This document shows, piece by piece, positions 33,801 to 42,899 of a stretch of 49,840 nucleotides of DNA. The DNA is taken from IMG/VR virus record IMGVR_UViG_3300037692_000155, positions 1 through 49,840 of that record; one strand, written 5' to 3'. The translations under genes and the position numbers were made by a program. This DNA comes from a virus (taxonomy: Duplodnaviria; Caudoviricetes). The notes below the pieces were generated by a model. That model was given only the letters and a program-made list of their open reading frames with translations, did no database searches and had not been told where the DNA came from. How positions within the stretch are numbered: position 1 is the first letter of the stretch; every line of letters begins with the position of its first letter.

Positions 33801-36774
33801 TAATATCGAACTCATGTTAGAAGCGGAACGCCGGGGAATCCTCCCTCCGGATAAGAAGGCTTTGCTTGATGAAGCAAAGAGCCGTGGACTTGTTGGCGGG
33901 GCAGAGCCAGAGCCGGAACCCGCAACCAGCGACGTTTTTGATCCTATCGGGTTAAAGCGACAAGATGATACGGGCCAGCTTTTCTTCGAATCGCCAGATA
34001 CGCCCCCGGCCTATAAGGACTACTCCCCGGAAGAATATGAACAGGCTCCCTTTTTGGAGCGCCGGGCTACCGACGTCTTGCGGACCGCCGACGCGATCAT
34101 TCCGGACGATATCGGTTCTTCTTTCCTTGGCGGGATTCGCGATGCCGCAGTAGGGGCGCTTACCTTACCGGCAGACGTGGCGTCGCATTTTGGATCGGAC
34201 GCCTATCAGCCAACGGCTGAGTTTATCCGCCGCAATGTCCCGGAGTTCCGCCGTCCCGGGAAGGATACAGCGGGCGATATAGCGCAAACGGTCATCCAGT
34301 ACGCCGGACCCGGCGCGAAGGGCGGGCAGCTGGGCGTCAAGGCGGCAAACAAATTTCCGGGCATGGCGGAGAAGGCGACTTCGACCCTTGGTAAAGTCCG
34401 GCAGGGCACTGCAAAAGCCCTTGGGGGCATGGCCGGTGCCGCGGCTGCGGACGTGGCTGTAACGGACCCGGAAGACGCGGCGACGCTTGGCGACATCTTT
34501 ACTATGTTACCGACCGACATCCAGCCGGACGATTCGAATCTCACCAAGAGGGCCAAAGTCGGGGCTGAAACGCTTGGAGTCGAGACAGCCGCCCGCGGCG
34601 TGGTCAACGCCCTTAAAGGGGGACGGGTTGCCGTTAACACCTTACGCGATGTTACAAAGCCTCTGGATGAAACAAAGGCCGCGGCAGACTTGGCGTCCAC
34701 GTTGCAGAAACAAACTTCCGATCTTCCGTCCGCGATTAAAAACCTTGATGAATCAACAGAGTTTTACGAAGGGTCGTCTTTCAAGCCGACAACGGGTAAG
34801 GCTTCTCGCGATCCGGGGCTTATGCGCATTGAACAAGGGCTGGCGACCAAAGGGGGTCCGGTTGGCGATCAGATCGAGGCCAACACGGTGGACACCGCCC
34901 GTAAGGTAAAGGAATTCGGCACCGCCCGCTCGTCCAACGAGGCCGTTGATGAAATAGGCAGAGCCGCCGAAGCGGAAAAAACCGCAACGATGGCCCCGGT
35001 CGTGGAGCAACAATCGGGCTTGGCCAAGAGACTCGAAGACATGAATGTTCGCATGGGCGAAATGTCCAAGGACGTCTCGGAAAAAGCGAGGGGAGGGACA
35101 AAAGCCAGCGAGGCTATCGATTCGCAAATTCGGGCGCTCGATCAGGAAATGACAGCGACCAAGAACGACCTCTTTAACGCCGCCGATCCGGATGGCAGCT
35201 TGCAGATTCCAGCGGATGACTTTATGGAGCAAATCGACGCCATAAAGCCCGGAAAGCTGGAAGACCCGGAAGCTTTCCCCAGCGACATTATAGGGGACAT
35301 AAAGCGTAAACTTTCACCTGAGCCGCCCGCGGAAGCCGTCGAAGGAATCGCCGAAGGAGTCGCTGAGACGGTTGAACCCGCGATGCTCTCTTTCCGCGAT
35401 CTGATTGACCTCCGTGGCCGGGTGGCCAACTCCATAGGCCGCGCCCGGGCGAAGGGGACGACTTCCCTGACCCGGTATCTGCAATTGAAAGAAGCCGTCG
35501 ATAAGCAGATAGATAACTTTGCCGGTGATCTGTCCCCTGAAATGCAGGGCGCGGCTTTGAAACTTCGGGAAGCGCAAGATTATTACGCCAATGAATTCTC
35601 GCCCCGCTTCAAAAAGGGCGAAGGGGGGAAACTCCGCAAGGAACAAAAATCCGGTAGGCCCGGAGCCGCCCCGCCATCTGCGACAGCAAGCCGTTTTCTT
35701 GGCCCCGGTAAGGGCGCAAAGGAACGCGCACAGGACTTGTCCCGTTTGATTGGTAAGAACGACCCGAACGCGAGGGAATACGTGCTTGCGGAAATGGCTA
35801 AAAGCGTTGGCTCCCCGCAAGGGTTGAAGGGCAAACAACTTGAAGCTTGGGCCGGGCGGTTTGATAAATTTAAAAGAGCGAATCAAGATATGCTCGCAGA
35901 GTACCCGGAAATCCGGAAAGAAGTGGCGCAAATGCGCAACCGCGTGGGGGCGGGTGCCAAGAAAACGGCTCAGATCGAAACGGACCTCGCGGCGGCAACC
36001 GAAACGGTCGGGCGGACGGAGAAAGATTTCGCCAGATCGGAAGCCGGTCGGTATCTGAAAGCCGATAAGCCGGAAACAGCCGTGGAAGACCTCCTAAAGT
36101 CAAAAGACATCCTTCGTCGCGGGCGTCAGATGATGCGCCTTGTCGAGAAGGATAAAGGGGGCCAAGCGCGTGAAGGTTTGAAAGACCTCGTGCGGGCAGA
36201 AATGAACAAAAAGTTCGTTCAAAAATCCGTGACTAATTCCGACCCGGCATTACGGAAGACCAGTCAAGCCAGCCTTGTCGATTTCTTCGAAGACCCGGTT
36301 TACGGTAAAGAGCGGAGCGCCTTCGTCGATGAACTCTTCGCCGACACTCCGGGAGAGCTTAAAACGCTCCGGGATATACGTCGTCAAATGAGCGATCTCA
36401 GCCGCCAGGTGCAAGGGACTGCGGGGTCGCAAACCGCTTCGGTCGAACAGCAAGTCAAAGATGCGGAAGGGCTTCTGGTTTCCGTTTTTGGCTCGGTATA
36501 TGGATTAGGTGGCCGGGCGCGAGCGTCCAGCCGTATCGATGTCCTTAATAAAATCCTGTCCAAATTCAACCGCGATCCTAAGAGCATCGCGCAAACGCTT
36601 TTGAATGATGCGTTTACCGACCCGGCCCTTGCCCGGAAAATGCTCACCATGAAGGTCAATGAGAAAACATCCCCCTTGATCGAGAAAGAGCTTCGGACGT
36701 ATATTTGGAATAACATTCTTGGCGATGGCGAGCGCAGCGAAGAGCGGAATCAAGAAGAGGACATAGAAGAATAA
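33793..36774 (+). CDS. large internal virion/DNA-transfer protein
   Basis: 993 aa; EAERRGILPPDKK...EAKSRGL N-terminus recalls P22-type DNA transfer proteins. Confidence 0.6.
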   Translation: MANNIELMLEAERRGILPPDKKALLDEAKSRGLVGGAEPEPEPATSDVFDPIGLKRQDDTGQLFFESPDTPPAYKDYSPEEYEQAPFLERRATDVLRTADAIIPDDIGSSFLGGIRDAAVGALTLPADVASHFGSDAYQPTAEFIRRNVPEFRRPGKDTAGDIAQTVIQYAGPGAKGGQLGVKAANKFPGMAEKATSTLGKVRQGTAKALGGMAGAAAADVAVTDPEDAATLGDIFTMLPTDIQPDDSNLTKRAKVGAETLGVETAARGVVNALKGGRVAVNTLRDVTKPLDETKAAADLASTLQKQTSDLPSAIKNLDESTEFYEGSSFKPTTGKASRDPGLMRIEQGLATKGGPVGDQIEANTVDTARKVKEFGTARSSNEAVDEIGRAAEAEKTATMAPVVEQQSGLAKRLEDMNVRMGEMSKDVSEKARGGTKASEAIDSQIRALDQEMTATKNDLFNAADPDGSLQIPADDFMEQIDAIKPGKLEDPEAFPSDIIGDIKRKLSPEPPAEAVEGIAEGVAETVEPAMLSFRDLIDLRGRVANSIGRARAKGTTSLTRYLQLKEAVDKQIDNFAGDLSPEMQGAALKLREAQDYYANEFSPRFKKGEGGKLRKEQKSGRPGAAPPSATASRFLGPGKGAKERAQDLSRLIGKNDPNAREYVLAEMAKSVGSPQGLKGKQLEAWAGRFDKFKRANQDMLAEYPEIRKEVAQMRNRVGAGAKKTAQIETDLAAATETVGRTEKDFARSEAGRYLKADKPETAVEDLLKSKDILRRGRQMMRLVEKDKGGQAREGLKDLVRAEMNKKFVQKSVTNSDPALRKTSQASLVDFFEDPVYGKERSAFVDELFADTPGELKTLRDIRRQMSDLSRQVQGTAGSQTASVEQQVKDAEGLLVSVFGSVYGLGGRARASSRIDVLNKILSKFNRDPKSIAQTLLNDAFTDPALARKMLTMKVNEKTSPLIEKELRTYIWNNILGDGERSEERNQEEDIEE

Positions 36775-37055
36775 TGCTCAATATACACGCCATCATCGAC
36801 TTTTGTTGCGGCGCGAAAGACCCTAAATCCTTGCCGTATACCGAAAAGCAGGAATTATTGGCCCAGCGGTTCACCCGTTATGGCTTCCAGCCGATTCAGC
36901 CCTCCAGTATTCAAAAATGGATCGAGCGGGGTTCAATCCCCGGCGACCGACTGGCCGAATTGCATGTGATCGCAAAGAAACAGGGGAAAAGGCTTAATCT
37001 CAATCGGTATCTTATCGATAATTCAGAAGCCGAAGCCAAGAAATTATTCGGTTAA
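36774..37055 (+). CDS. Cro-like HTH protein
   Basis: SSIQKWIERGSIPG.RL motif. Confidence 0.55.
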   Translation: MLNIHAIIDFCCGAKDPKSLPYTEKQELLAQRFTRYGFQPIQPSSIQKWIERGSIPGDRLAELHVIAKKQGKRLNLNRYLIDNSEAEAKKLFG

Positions 37056-37513
37056 GCCACGAAGCCGCCGCCGTGTAAAACGTCTTGCGCGTAGGCGAGG
37101 ATGGCCAGAGCGTCCGCGTGATTATCGTCATCTGCAAAGATTCCGTAGCGGTCATAGACAGCTGTGATAACTTTGTTCTTACTCGCGTTTCCGCTTCCGG
37201 AGATATGCTTTTTAATCGTACCGACCGGTACGGAACAGAACGGGATTCTACTGGCTTCACAGTACGCGGTAAGAGTCGCCATGAAGCCGCCGTAGACGTG
37301 CGCGGCTCCCACCGAATTATGTCGTCGGACTTCTTCGAAATACAGGAAGTCCGGCCTCTCGAATCTTTCAAGCCACCCACGGAATCGATGAAACCGCATC
37401 CCGCCCCCCTCGTGGCGAGCAGTTTTGAAATTGATAACGCCGGAATCAAGTCCTTCATTTCTGGCATAGGCCCACCCTGTCTTGGTCCCGAGATCGAGAG
37501 TCAATATTTTCAT
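37052..37513 (-). CDS. RuvC-like Holliday junction resolvase
   Basis: ILTLDLGTKTGWA, FEEV, IKKHISGSGNASK, DDNHADALA. Confidence 0.85.
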   Translation of the reverse strand: MKILTLDLGTKTGWAYARNEGLDSGVINFKTARHEGGGMRFHRFRGWLERFERPDFLYFEEVRRHNSVGAAHVYGGFMATLTAYCEASRIPFCSVPVGTIKKHISGSGNASKNKVITAVYDRYGIFADDDNHADALAILAYAQDVLHGGGFVA

Positions 37514-38010
37514 TCTGCAAATATAATCCTTTCCGGAAGCATTTTATAGGTGAACCAAGCCACCGGGAACCACGCGCCGCCCTTCTTGCCGGACGGGGTC
37601 GTGAACTCCACGCGGCGGGGCAGAAACAACACGTCGAGTCCGTACTTTCGATACAGGGCTTGCCGTTTAATGCCTTCAAGGGCCGTCAGGGGCAGGAGCA
37701 AGGCGAACGGTTTTCCGAGTTCGTAACACCGTTCCAGCCATGGGTCTTTGATTGAATACGGCGGATTGGTAACGATTGCGTCATGGCGCAAGTCCATTTC
37801 GAAGAAATCGACCCCGCAAGAAAGGTCGGTCGCTACGACTTCCCGGCCCTCCATATGCCTCAGCCACGTCACGAGCCGGCTCTCCCCGCAAGCTGGCTCC
37901 CAGATGCGCCATTCCGGGTCAAGATATGGCAGAAGAGGCCACAACGCGGACGGGTGCGTCTGGAACATATCGGAATGGCCTTGTTGCTGAATCGAGGGTC
38001 TTTTGCTCAT
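37510..38010 (-). CDS. small amino-group (N6-adenine-type) DNA methyltransferase
   Basis: IWEPACG (motif I), IVTNPPY (motif IV). Confidence 0.75.
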   Translation of the reverse strand: MSKRPSIQQQGHSDMFQTHPSALWPLLPYLDPEWRIWEPACGESRLVTWLRHMEGREVVATDLSCGVDFFEMDLRHDAIVTNPPYSIKDPWLERCYELGKPFALLLPLTALEGIKRQALYRKYGLDVLFLPRRVEFTTPSGKKGGAWFPVAWFTYKMLPERIIFAE

Positions 38011-39968
38011 TTGCGATACCTATATTCGGACCAGCCGTCTGCTTTGATTGGGAACCCCTCTGCCCATGACGGGACTCGAGTCAAAAGGTCGATGAATTCT
38101 TCCATTGAGCCAAAATCGTCCGGCGTTTCAGCAACGATTTCGTCGTGGACGGTGAACAGCACGGTATACCCGGCTTTGTCAAGCCGGATCATCGCTTCGG
38201 CCATGATATCCCGGCAAACCGCTTGGGTGATGTTTTCAGTTATCTTGCCCCCGTATGTCCGTGTTCTAACCCATTGATTCTTGCTGGACATTGACATATA
38301 GGAAATCTGCTCGCGCTCTTCGCCCCACGGCGTTTTACCCATTTCGATTTTGGGGAAGGGGAAAGCAAGACAGCGACCCGAGGGCAAACGGCAGTAGAGA
38401 AAAGCCCCTAAAACCGCCCAGCGGATTGGCCCGCACTCTATGACTTTACGATATTTAATCGCCGCTTTTGCGGCGCGTTCCTGATCCCACCAAAATTGAA
38501 CGACCTTGTCGTTGGTCGAGCGGTAAGCCTCGACGGCCCGTTCTGCGAGCGGCAAATCCACTTCCATCCGGTATCCGGCACAGGTCGCTTGGAATTTGGG
38601 CGCACCCATTTGGTATCCACACCCCAAAACGGCTTGTTTGCCGAGTTGCCGTTCCGGCCCGTCCTTTTCGCCACCATCTACAAGATCAAGCGGCTTTGAA
38701 TATATCGTGCTGGCCATTACCCTATAGGCGTCTTTCCCTTCCCGGAACAGCTTCAAGGTGTTTTCCTGCCCGGAGAGCCAGCACACGCCACGCGCCTCGA
38801 TAGCCGAATAGTCGGCTACATAAAGCCGATTTCCGGGCTTCGCCATAATCATCCCGCGCAAGCAAGACGATATCAGGTGCATAGGATCACCCCACTTGGC
38901 AACATTGCGGAGTTTGCCGGTGGCCAGTGCCGCTATTTTTTCTTCGAGGTCTTTTACCTTTTCGCGAGGGAAATTCTGTATCTGGATATTTTTTCCGCTC
39001 CAGCGGCCCGTAGACGCGCCATGGTACATGAGCAAGTCTTTCACCCGCCCGTCCTCACAAATTGCCCCCAGCATGGCCGCAAGCTTCTTGGTGGACGTTT
39101 TACCAAGCGATTGTCGGATTTCAAGAACCCGGCGTACGTCAGCGGGGAGGTCATCCTGTTCGAGCAGGTCAAGAACCGCGTCTTTGTCCAGCGAAACGAC
39201 TTCGTAACCCTGATCGGCCAGCCAGCTCTTCATCGCGAGAATCTGGGAGACAGCCCACACTTCATCCTTTGTAATCCGGGCCAGTTCGATATTACACGTC
39301 AGTTCATATTCGCCGATAATTTTCAGCGCCCCTTCGACAGCGGCCCGGTCTATATAAACCCCGGTGCTATTAATTTTCTGATCGAGAAGCCATAACTCGC
39401 GTTCCTTTGGAGGCAAGTCGCGGATTTTGTGATCCAGTCCGCCTTCCGCCAGAACATCAGTTTTGCAATACCTGTATAGAATCTGGAAATCCTTGGGGGA
39501 GTCTTCTGGCTCCCACCACTCTTTCGGGTTGTTCTTTGTGGGTTTCCGGGGCTTGGCCAATTTGAGCATGACCCTCCGCCCTTCGTCGTCTTTCTGTACG
39601 GCAGTTTTAACGACCGCCGTGGCCCGACTTAAATCCCGGGGGAGCGCGTGGGCCGCGCACTTCGCGGCAGAGCATTTCCAGTATATATCCGGGATGTCCG
39701 GCCAGCCGAAAAGCTTTACAAGGATTTCTCGCCATATGGCCTTTTCGAACATCGCGTTGTGAGCAATTATGCAGCCCGGCCCGAATATTTCCCAGACCCG
39801 GTTACGGACCCATGCGGGCATCGGGTCGCCGGGAGTCCAAAGCCCCGGCATCTTTGAGCCAATCCTGTGCGCCATACATAAAATGGACGTGGATTTATCG
39901 GCGGCATAGCGCCATGGACCCATTTTAATATCGACCCTTGAACGAGTCTCGAAGTCAATATCAATCAC
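38007..39968 (-). CDS. polA: family A DNA polymerase with 3'-5' exonuclease
   Basis: IDFET, AHNAMFE, YCKTD; TGRWS; DYSAIEAR; RQLGKQAVLGCGY; VHDE. Confidence 0.93.
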   Translation of the reverse strand: MIDIDFETRSRVDIKMGPWRYAADKSTSILCMAHRIGSKMPGLWTPGDPMPAWVRNRVWEIFGPGCIIAHNAMFEKAIWREILVKLFGWPDIPDIYWKCSAAKCAAHALPRDLSRATAVVKTAVQKDDEGRRVMLKLAKPRKPTKNNPKEWWEPEDSPKDFQILYRYCKTDVLAEGGLDHKIRDLPPKERELWLLDQKINSTGVYIDRAAVEGALKIIGEYELTCNIELARITKDEVWAVSQILAMKSWLADQGYEVVSLDKDAVLDLLEQDDLPADVRRVLEIRQSLGKTSTKKLAAMLGAICEDGRVKDLLMYHGASTGRWSGKNIQIQNFPREKVKDLEEKIAALATGKLRNVAKWGDPMHLISSCLRGMIMAKPGNRLYVADYSAIEARGVCWLSGQENTLKLFREGKDAYRVMASTIYSKPLDLVDGGEKDGPERQLGKQAVLGCGYQMGAPKFQATCAGYRMEVDLPLAERAVEAYRSTNDKVVQFWWDQERAAKAAIKYRKVIECGPIRWAVLGAFLYCRLPSGRCLAFPFPKIEMGKTPWGEEREQISYMSMSSKNQWVRTRTYGGKITENITQAVCRDIMAEAMIRLDKAGYTVLFTVHDEIVAETPDDFGSMEEFIDLLTRVPSWAEGFPIKADGWSEYRYRK

Positions 39969-40195
39969 GGCTGTGCGTACCCCCGGCAGCGGACTACCCG
40001 GCCTTCGTGCCTTACGACATCGCTACTGCCACCTACAAGGTATATATCACCGTGGAATACGGTTCTACGGGTTCCGCGGTCTGTAACATACTCTTCATAT
40101 TCGACTTCTTTACCCTGCCTTGCCAGTTGGGTCAGTCGATTGAACAGCCGGCGATGCGCCTCGTTTCCGACTAGAATTCCATCAAACTTAAACAT
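39965..40195 (-). CDS. hypothetical protein
   Basis: ORF track; AAGGA RBS; overlaps the polA start. Confidence 0.55.
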   Translation of the reverse strand: MFKFDGILVGNEAHRRLFNRLTQLARQGKEVEYEEYVTDRGTRRTVFHGDIYLVGGSSDVVRHEGRVVRCRGYAQP

Positions 40196-40209
40196 TTCAG
40201 TTTTCCTTT

Positions 40210-40242
40210 AAAAAATGGGCGATGCGCTTTCGCGCACCGCCC
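40210..40242 (-). terminator. intrinsic terminator after the SSB gene
   Basis: GGGCGGTGCGC-GAAA-GCGCATCGCCC followed by ATTTTTT on the minus strand. Confidence 0.7.
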
Positions 40243-40257
40243 GGAGGAAGTTAAGAC

Positions 40258-40833
40258 TTAGCCGAACATGCTATCTTCGACCTCTTCATATTCTTCGTTT
40301 TCATCCCCTTCGACAACATCAAAATCGTCTTCCGGGTTCGAAGCGAAGCCGAAGCGCTCGCCTTCCGCGAGTTTCTGGACATTAATAAGGCCGAAAGATA
40401 CGCCCTTTTTGCCCTTCCACTCCCAAGCATAAGCGTTAACCGCGGCCCGAGCGTAACACCCGGCGTAGAATTCCGATTCGTCCAGAATAGGGTCTACGTT
40501 CTTGTCTACGACCTTCGGCTTGTTTTTCGAACTGGCAGTCGCAAACACCATACCCGAATAGCCGTCGTACTGGTCGGCTTTTTCTTCACCATCGCGCATA
40601 GGCCAGTTAATCTTGACCTTTTTGCTATCGACGGCTTCCTTGGTCCACTTCTCGTAAGCCGCGGCCTTGGCGAGTTTTTGAAGATCGGAAATGGTTACTT
40701 TGTCGTCAGCCGGTATCAGCATGACCAGCGAGAAGCGCTGCTCACCTGACGGCGTGGTCTGGGCTTTGAATACGTGCGGAAAAGACACACGGAACTTTTT
40801 CGTCGTAATCTTCTTTACTTTGTTGTCTGCCAT
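40258..40833 (-). CDS. DUF2815-type single-stranded DNA-binding protein
   Basis: RVSFPHVF, P.RDG, FYAGCYAR, GVSFGL.NVQKL.EGERF, acidic tail. Confidence 0.88.
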   Translation of the reverse strand: MADNKVKKITTKKFRVSFPHVFKAQTTPSGEQRFSLVMLIPADDKVTISDLQKLAKAAAYEKWTKEAVDSKKVKINWPMRDGEEKADQYDGYSGMVFATASSKNKPKVVDKNVDPILDESEFYAGCYARAAVNAYAWEWKGKKGVSFGLINVQKLAEGERFGFASNPEDDFDVVEGDENEEYEEVEDSMFG

Positions 40834-40868
40834 AGGAGTTTTTCCCTTTCAGTTGGCGGTTTAGCGGT

Positions 40869-42074
40869 TTAGTCGGTGACGGCGGAAAAGTCGTCCTCGA
40901 CAGAGGAAGACAGGGCTTCGCGCCGGTCCGTATCCGGTACAAGCGCAGTCCCCGATTCGGGTGCTATGGTATATGGCACAACGAATTGTTTATCCAGCCC
41001 AGTATCTTTCTTCATGAGCTTCTCGATCTGGGCCGGAGATTTTAATTTAGGAGGGGGCTTATCCACTATGTCGGCTTCGGGGAAGCCCATCATTTCAAAG
41101 ATGCCCTTGGCCTTTGATTCGTCTTTCCACTTACGACGCCCGTATTTTTGTACAAGCTTATACCCGGGCGGGGGGTTGCCCTCTTCGGCCATCCTGTACG
41201 CGTGGCTCCGGACGCTTTTAATCCAGCTTTCAAGGATGTCCCCAAATTCCAAAGCCATGATAAGCCGGTCCATAGGGAGTTCTTCTGGCGGCGTGGGGGT
41301 TACTGACAGGATGTCGTCATTCACCGGGTCAAAGTCCTCAAATACGGCCAGCTCCATTTTGCGAAGCAATCCGGGGCAGTCGATAGCCGCCGCGCACCAA
41401 CGGCAATGGTCCCCGGGTTTCAGATAGGCCATAATGTCATCGGCGGCGCGGGCTTTCTCTACCCGGTCCATACCGACTTTAAGTTCACGCTCGTATTCTT
41501 TCAGGCGGTCCTTGGAAAACGACCAGCGGCGAATCGGCCCGTCAGGGTGAAAGGCCCGCGGCTGGACGATGACAAACTCGTATTCCTCAAAGTCAAAATT
41601 GTACCTCGCGGCAACGCCTATCACATAATAAAGACCTTGACGGTTCTCTATTGCGTCAACCGCGATTCCCGCGCCGTATTTGAAGTCATGGACCACAAGT
41701 TTTCGACGGAGCTTCCCCGCGTGGCTATCCGCGGTCCCGAACATATCTTCGTGAATCCAGCTCAAATGAATACGGGTTTCCGCGCCATGGAGATCGTCGT
41801 AAAGCTCCCGGTCTTCCCGAACAAGGTCAAGATAGGTCTGGACGTGGCCCGCCATTTCGTCATCGACGGTAAACCCGTTAATTTCAAGGCCCATATACGA
41901 CTCCGCGTCCTGCCCGGAATTGAGACACCGCTCCGCAAGATCGTGCGCGGCAGTCCCCTCTTCGGCATAAACACTGGATGCTTGCGGCGGGGCCGCTTCG
42001 CAAAGGGGTACAGACCCCGGGCATTCCAGCCATCTTTCGGAACTCGAAGCTCCGACCCTACTGTGCTTGGTCAT
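40869..42074 (-). CDS. DUF2800 Cas4-like/PD-(D/E)xK exonuclease
   Basis: HSRVGASS..RW..CPGS, EEGTAAH, FGTAD, DFKYG.G, QPR, PG.HC.WC....C, KSPAQIEK. Confidence 0.88.
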   Translation of the reverse strand: MTKHSRVGASSSERWLECPGSVPLCEAAPPQASSVYAEEGTAAHDLAERCLNSGQDAESYMGLEINGFTVDDEMAGHVQTYLDLVREDRELYDDLHGAETRIHLSWIHEDMFGTADSHAGKLRRKLVVHDFKYGAGIAVDAIENRQGLYYVIGVAARYNFDFEEYEFVIVQPRAFHPDGPIRRWSFSKDRLKEYERELKVGMDRVEKARAADDIMAYLKPGDHCRWCAAAIDCPGLLRKMELAVFEDFDPVNDDILSVTPTPPEELPMDRLIMALEFGDILESWIKSVRSHAYRMAEEGNPPPGYKLVQKYGRRKWKDESKAKGIFEMMGFPEADIVDKPPPKLKSPAQIEKLMKKDTGLDKQFVVPYTIAPESGTALVPDTDRREALSSSVEDDFSAVTD

Positions 42075-42178
42075 TGATTCTGTCCTCTATCAGTTTTGCT
42101 CTGTGTAATCGCGGCGTGAGTGGTAAAAACGCCGTAACGAGCGCCGCGCTCGCGAAGGGTGTCAGCTACATCGGTCAT
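42071..42178 (-). pseudogene. 35-aa minigene resembling the N-terminus of a DUF6378-like phage protein
   Basis: MTDVADTLRERGARYGVFTTHAAITQSKTDRGQNQ; ATGA overlaps with both neighbours. Confidence 0.5.
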
Positions 42179-42387
42179 TTGAAATCCTCGTAAAGTTCTT
42201 CGTCGTCGCATACCGGGCAGAGGTTGTGCCATTCGCCGTTAGTGTTTACCGACTTCCAGCCCTCCGCTTTCATGACTTTTAAGGCCGTCTGAAAATCCTC
42301 TTCGCCTGTGTGGATTTCTTCGCCGCAGTCATCACACTCGAAAGTGATCTCCCCGTTAAAGCCCCAGCGATTTCGTTCTATGGCCAT
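42175..42387 (-). CDS. small zinc-finger protein
   Basis: FECDDCG...EGW...NLCPVC; GGAGG RBS. Confidence 0.7.
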   Translation of the reverse strand: MAIERNRWGFNGEITFECDDCGEEIHTGEEDFQTALKVMKAEGWKSVNTNGEWHNLCPVCDDEELYEDFK

Positions 42388-42445
42388 TTTCATCCTCCGA
42401 AAAAGACCGGTGGCCATAACGGCCACCGGGCCAAGTTGGTTGGGG

Positions 42446-42886
42446 TTATTCGTCGTCTACGTCACCGATTCCCAGATCGTCGCTGTCCTCTTCGGAATTT
42501 TCAGCTTCGGCGATAAGGGTTTCGATATCTTCCATTACGTTGCCGTAATAGTCTTTATCGATGTCGGGAACCTGCTTCGCGTTGTATTTTTTAAGAAGCT
42601 TACGCCCCACCGTGGGGCCGTCGTCCTCGCTCAGTGCGTCGAGCAAACGAGAAAAGGCTTTACGGATATCTTTAACGGTTAATTCCGGCTCCGCGGGTTC
42701 TTCCTTCTTTTTGGACTCGGTCTTTTTGCCCTTGTTGCTTTTTTTCTTCTCTTCCTTCGGAGCCTCGGCTTCGCCGGACAACGGCTCTTGCTTGGCTTCG
42801 TTTTTACCAGCGCCGCCATAGATAGAGGTTAGTATAGAATTCAGTTCTTCCCTCGACGCGCATTTTACAGTTACAGAGACTTCCAT
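42446..42886 (-). CDS. hypothetical protein typical of phage replication modules
   Basis: Low-complexity E/K linker; LLKKYNAKQVPDI...Y C-terminal motif. Confidence 0.7.
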   Translation of the reverse strand: MEVSVTVKCASREELNSILTSIYGGAGKNEAKQEPLSGEAEAPKEEKKKSNKGKKTESKKKEEPAEPELTVKDIRKAFSRLLDALSEDDGPTVGRKLLKKYNAKQVPDIDKDYYGNVMEDIETLIAEAENSEEDSDDLGIGDVDDE

Positions 42887-42899
42887 TCTTCGTTTCCTT

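Noticed and set aside
14312-36874. Many long minus-strand ORFs opposite the virion genes
   Set aside because: Antisense shadows of GC-rich coding sequence with no recognisable motifs or RBS.
40869-42074. CRISPR-associated Cas4
   Set aside because: It sits in a standard SNF2-DUF2800-SSB-PolA phage replication module with no cas1/cas2 or array.
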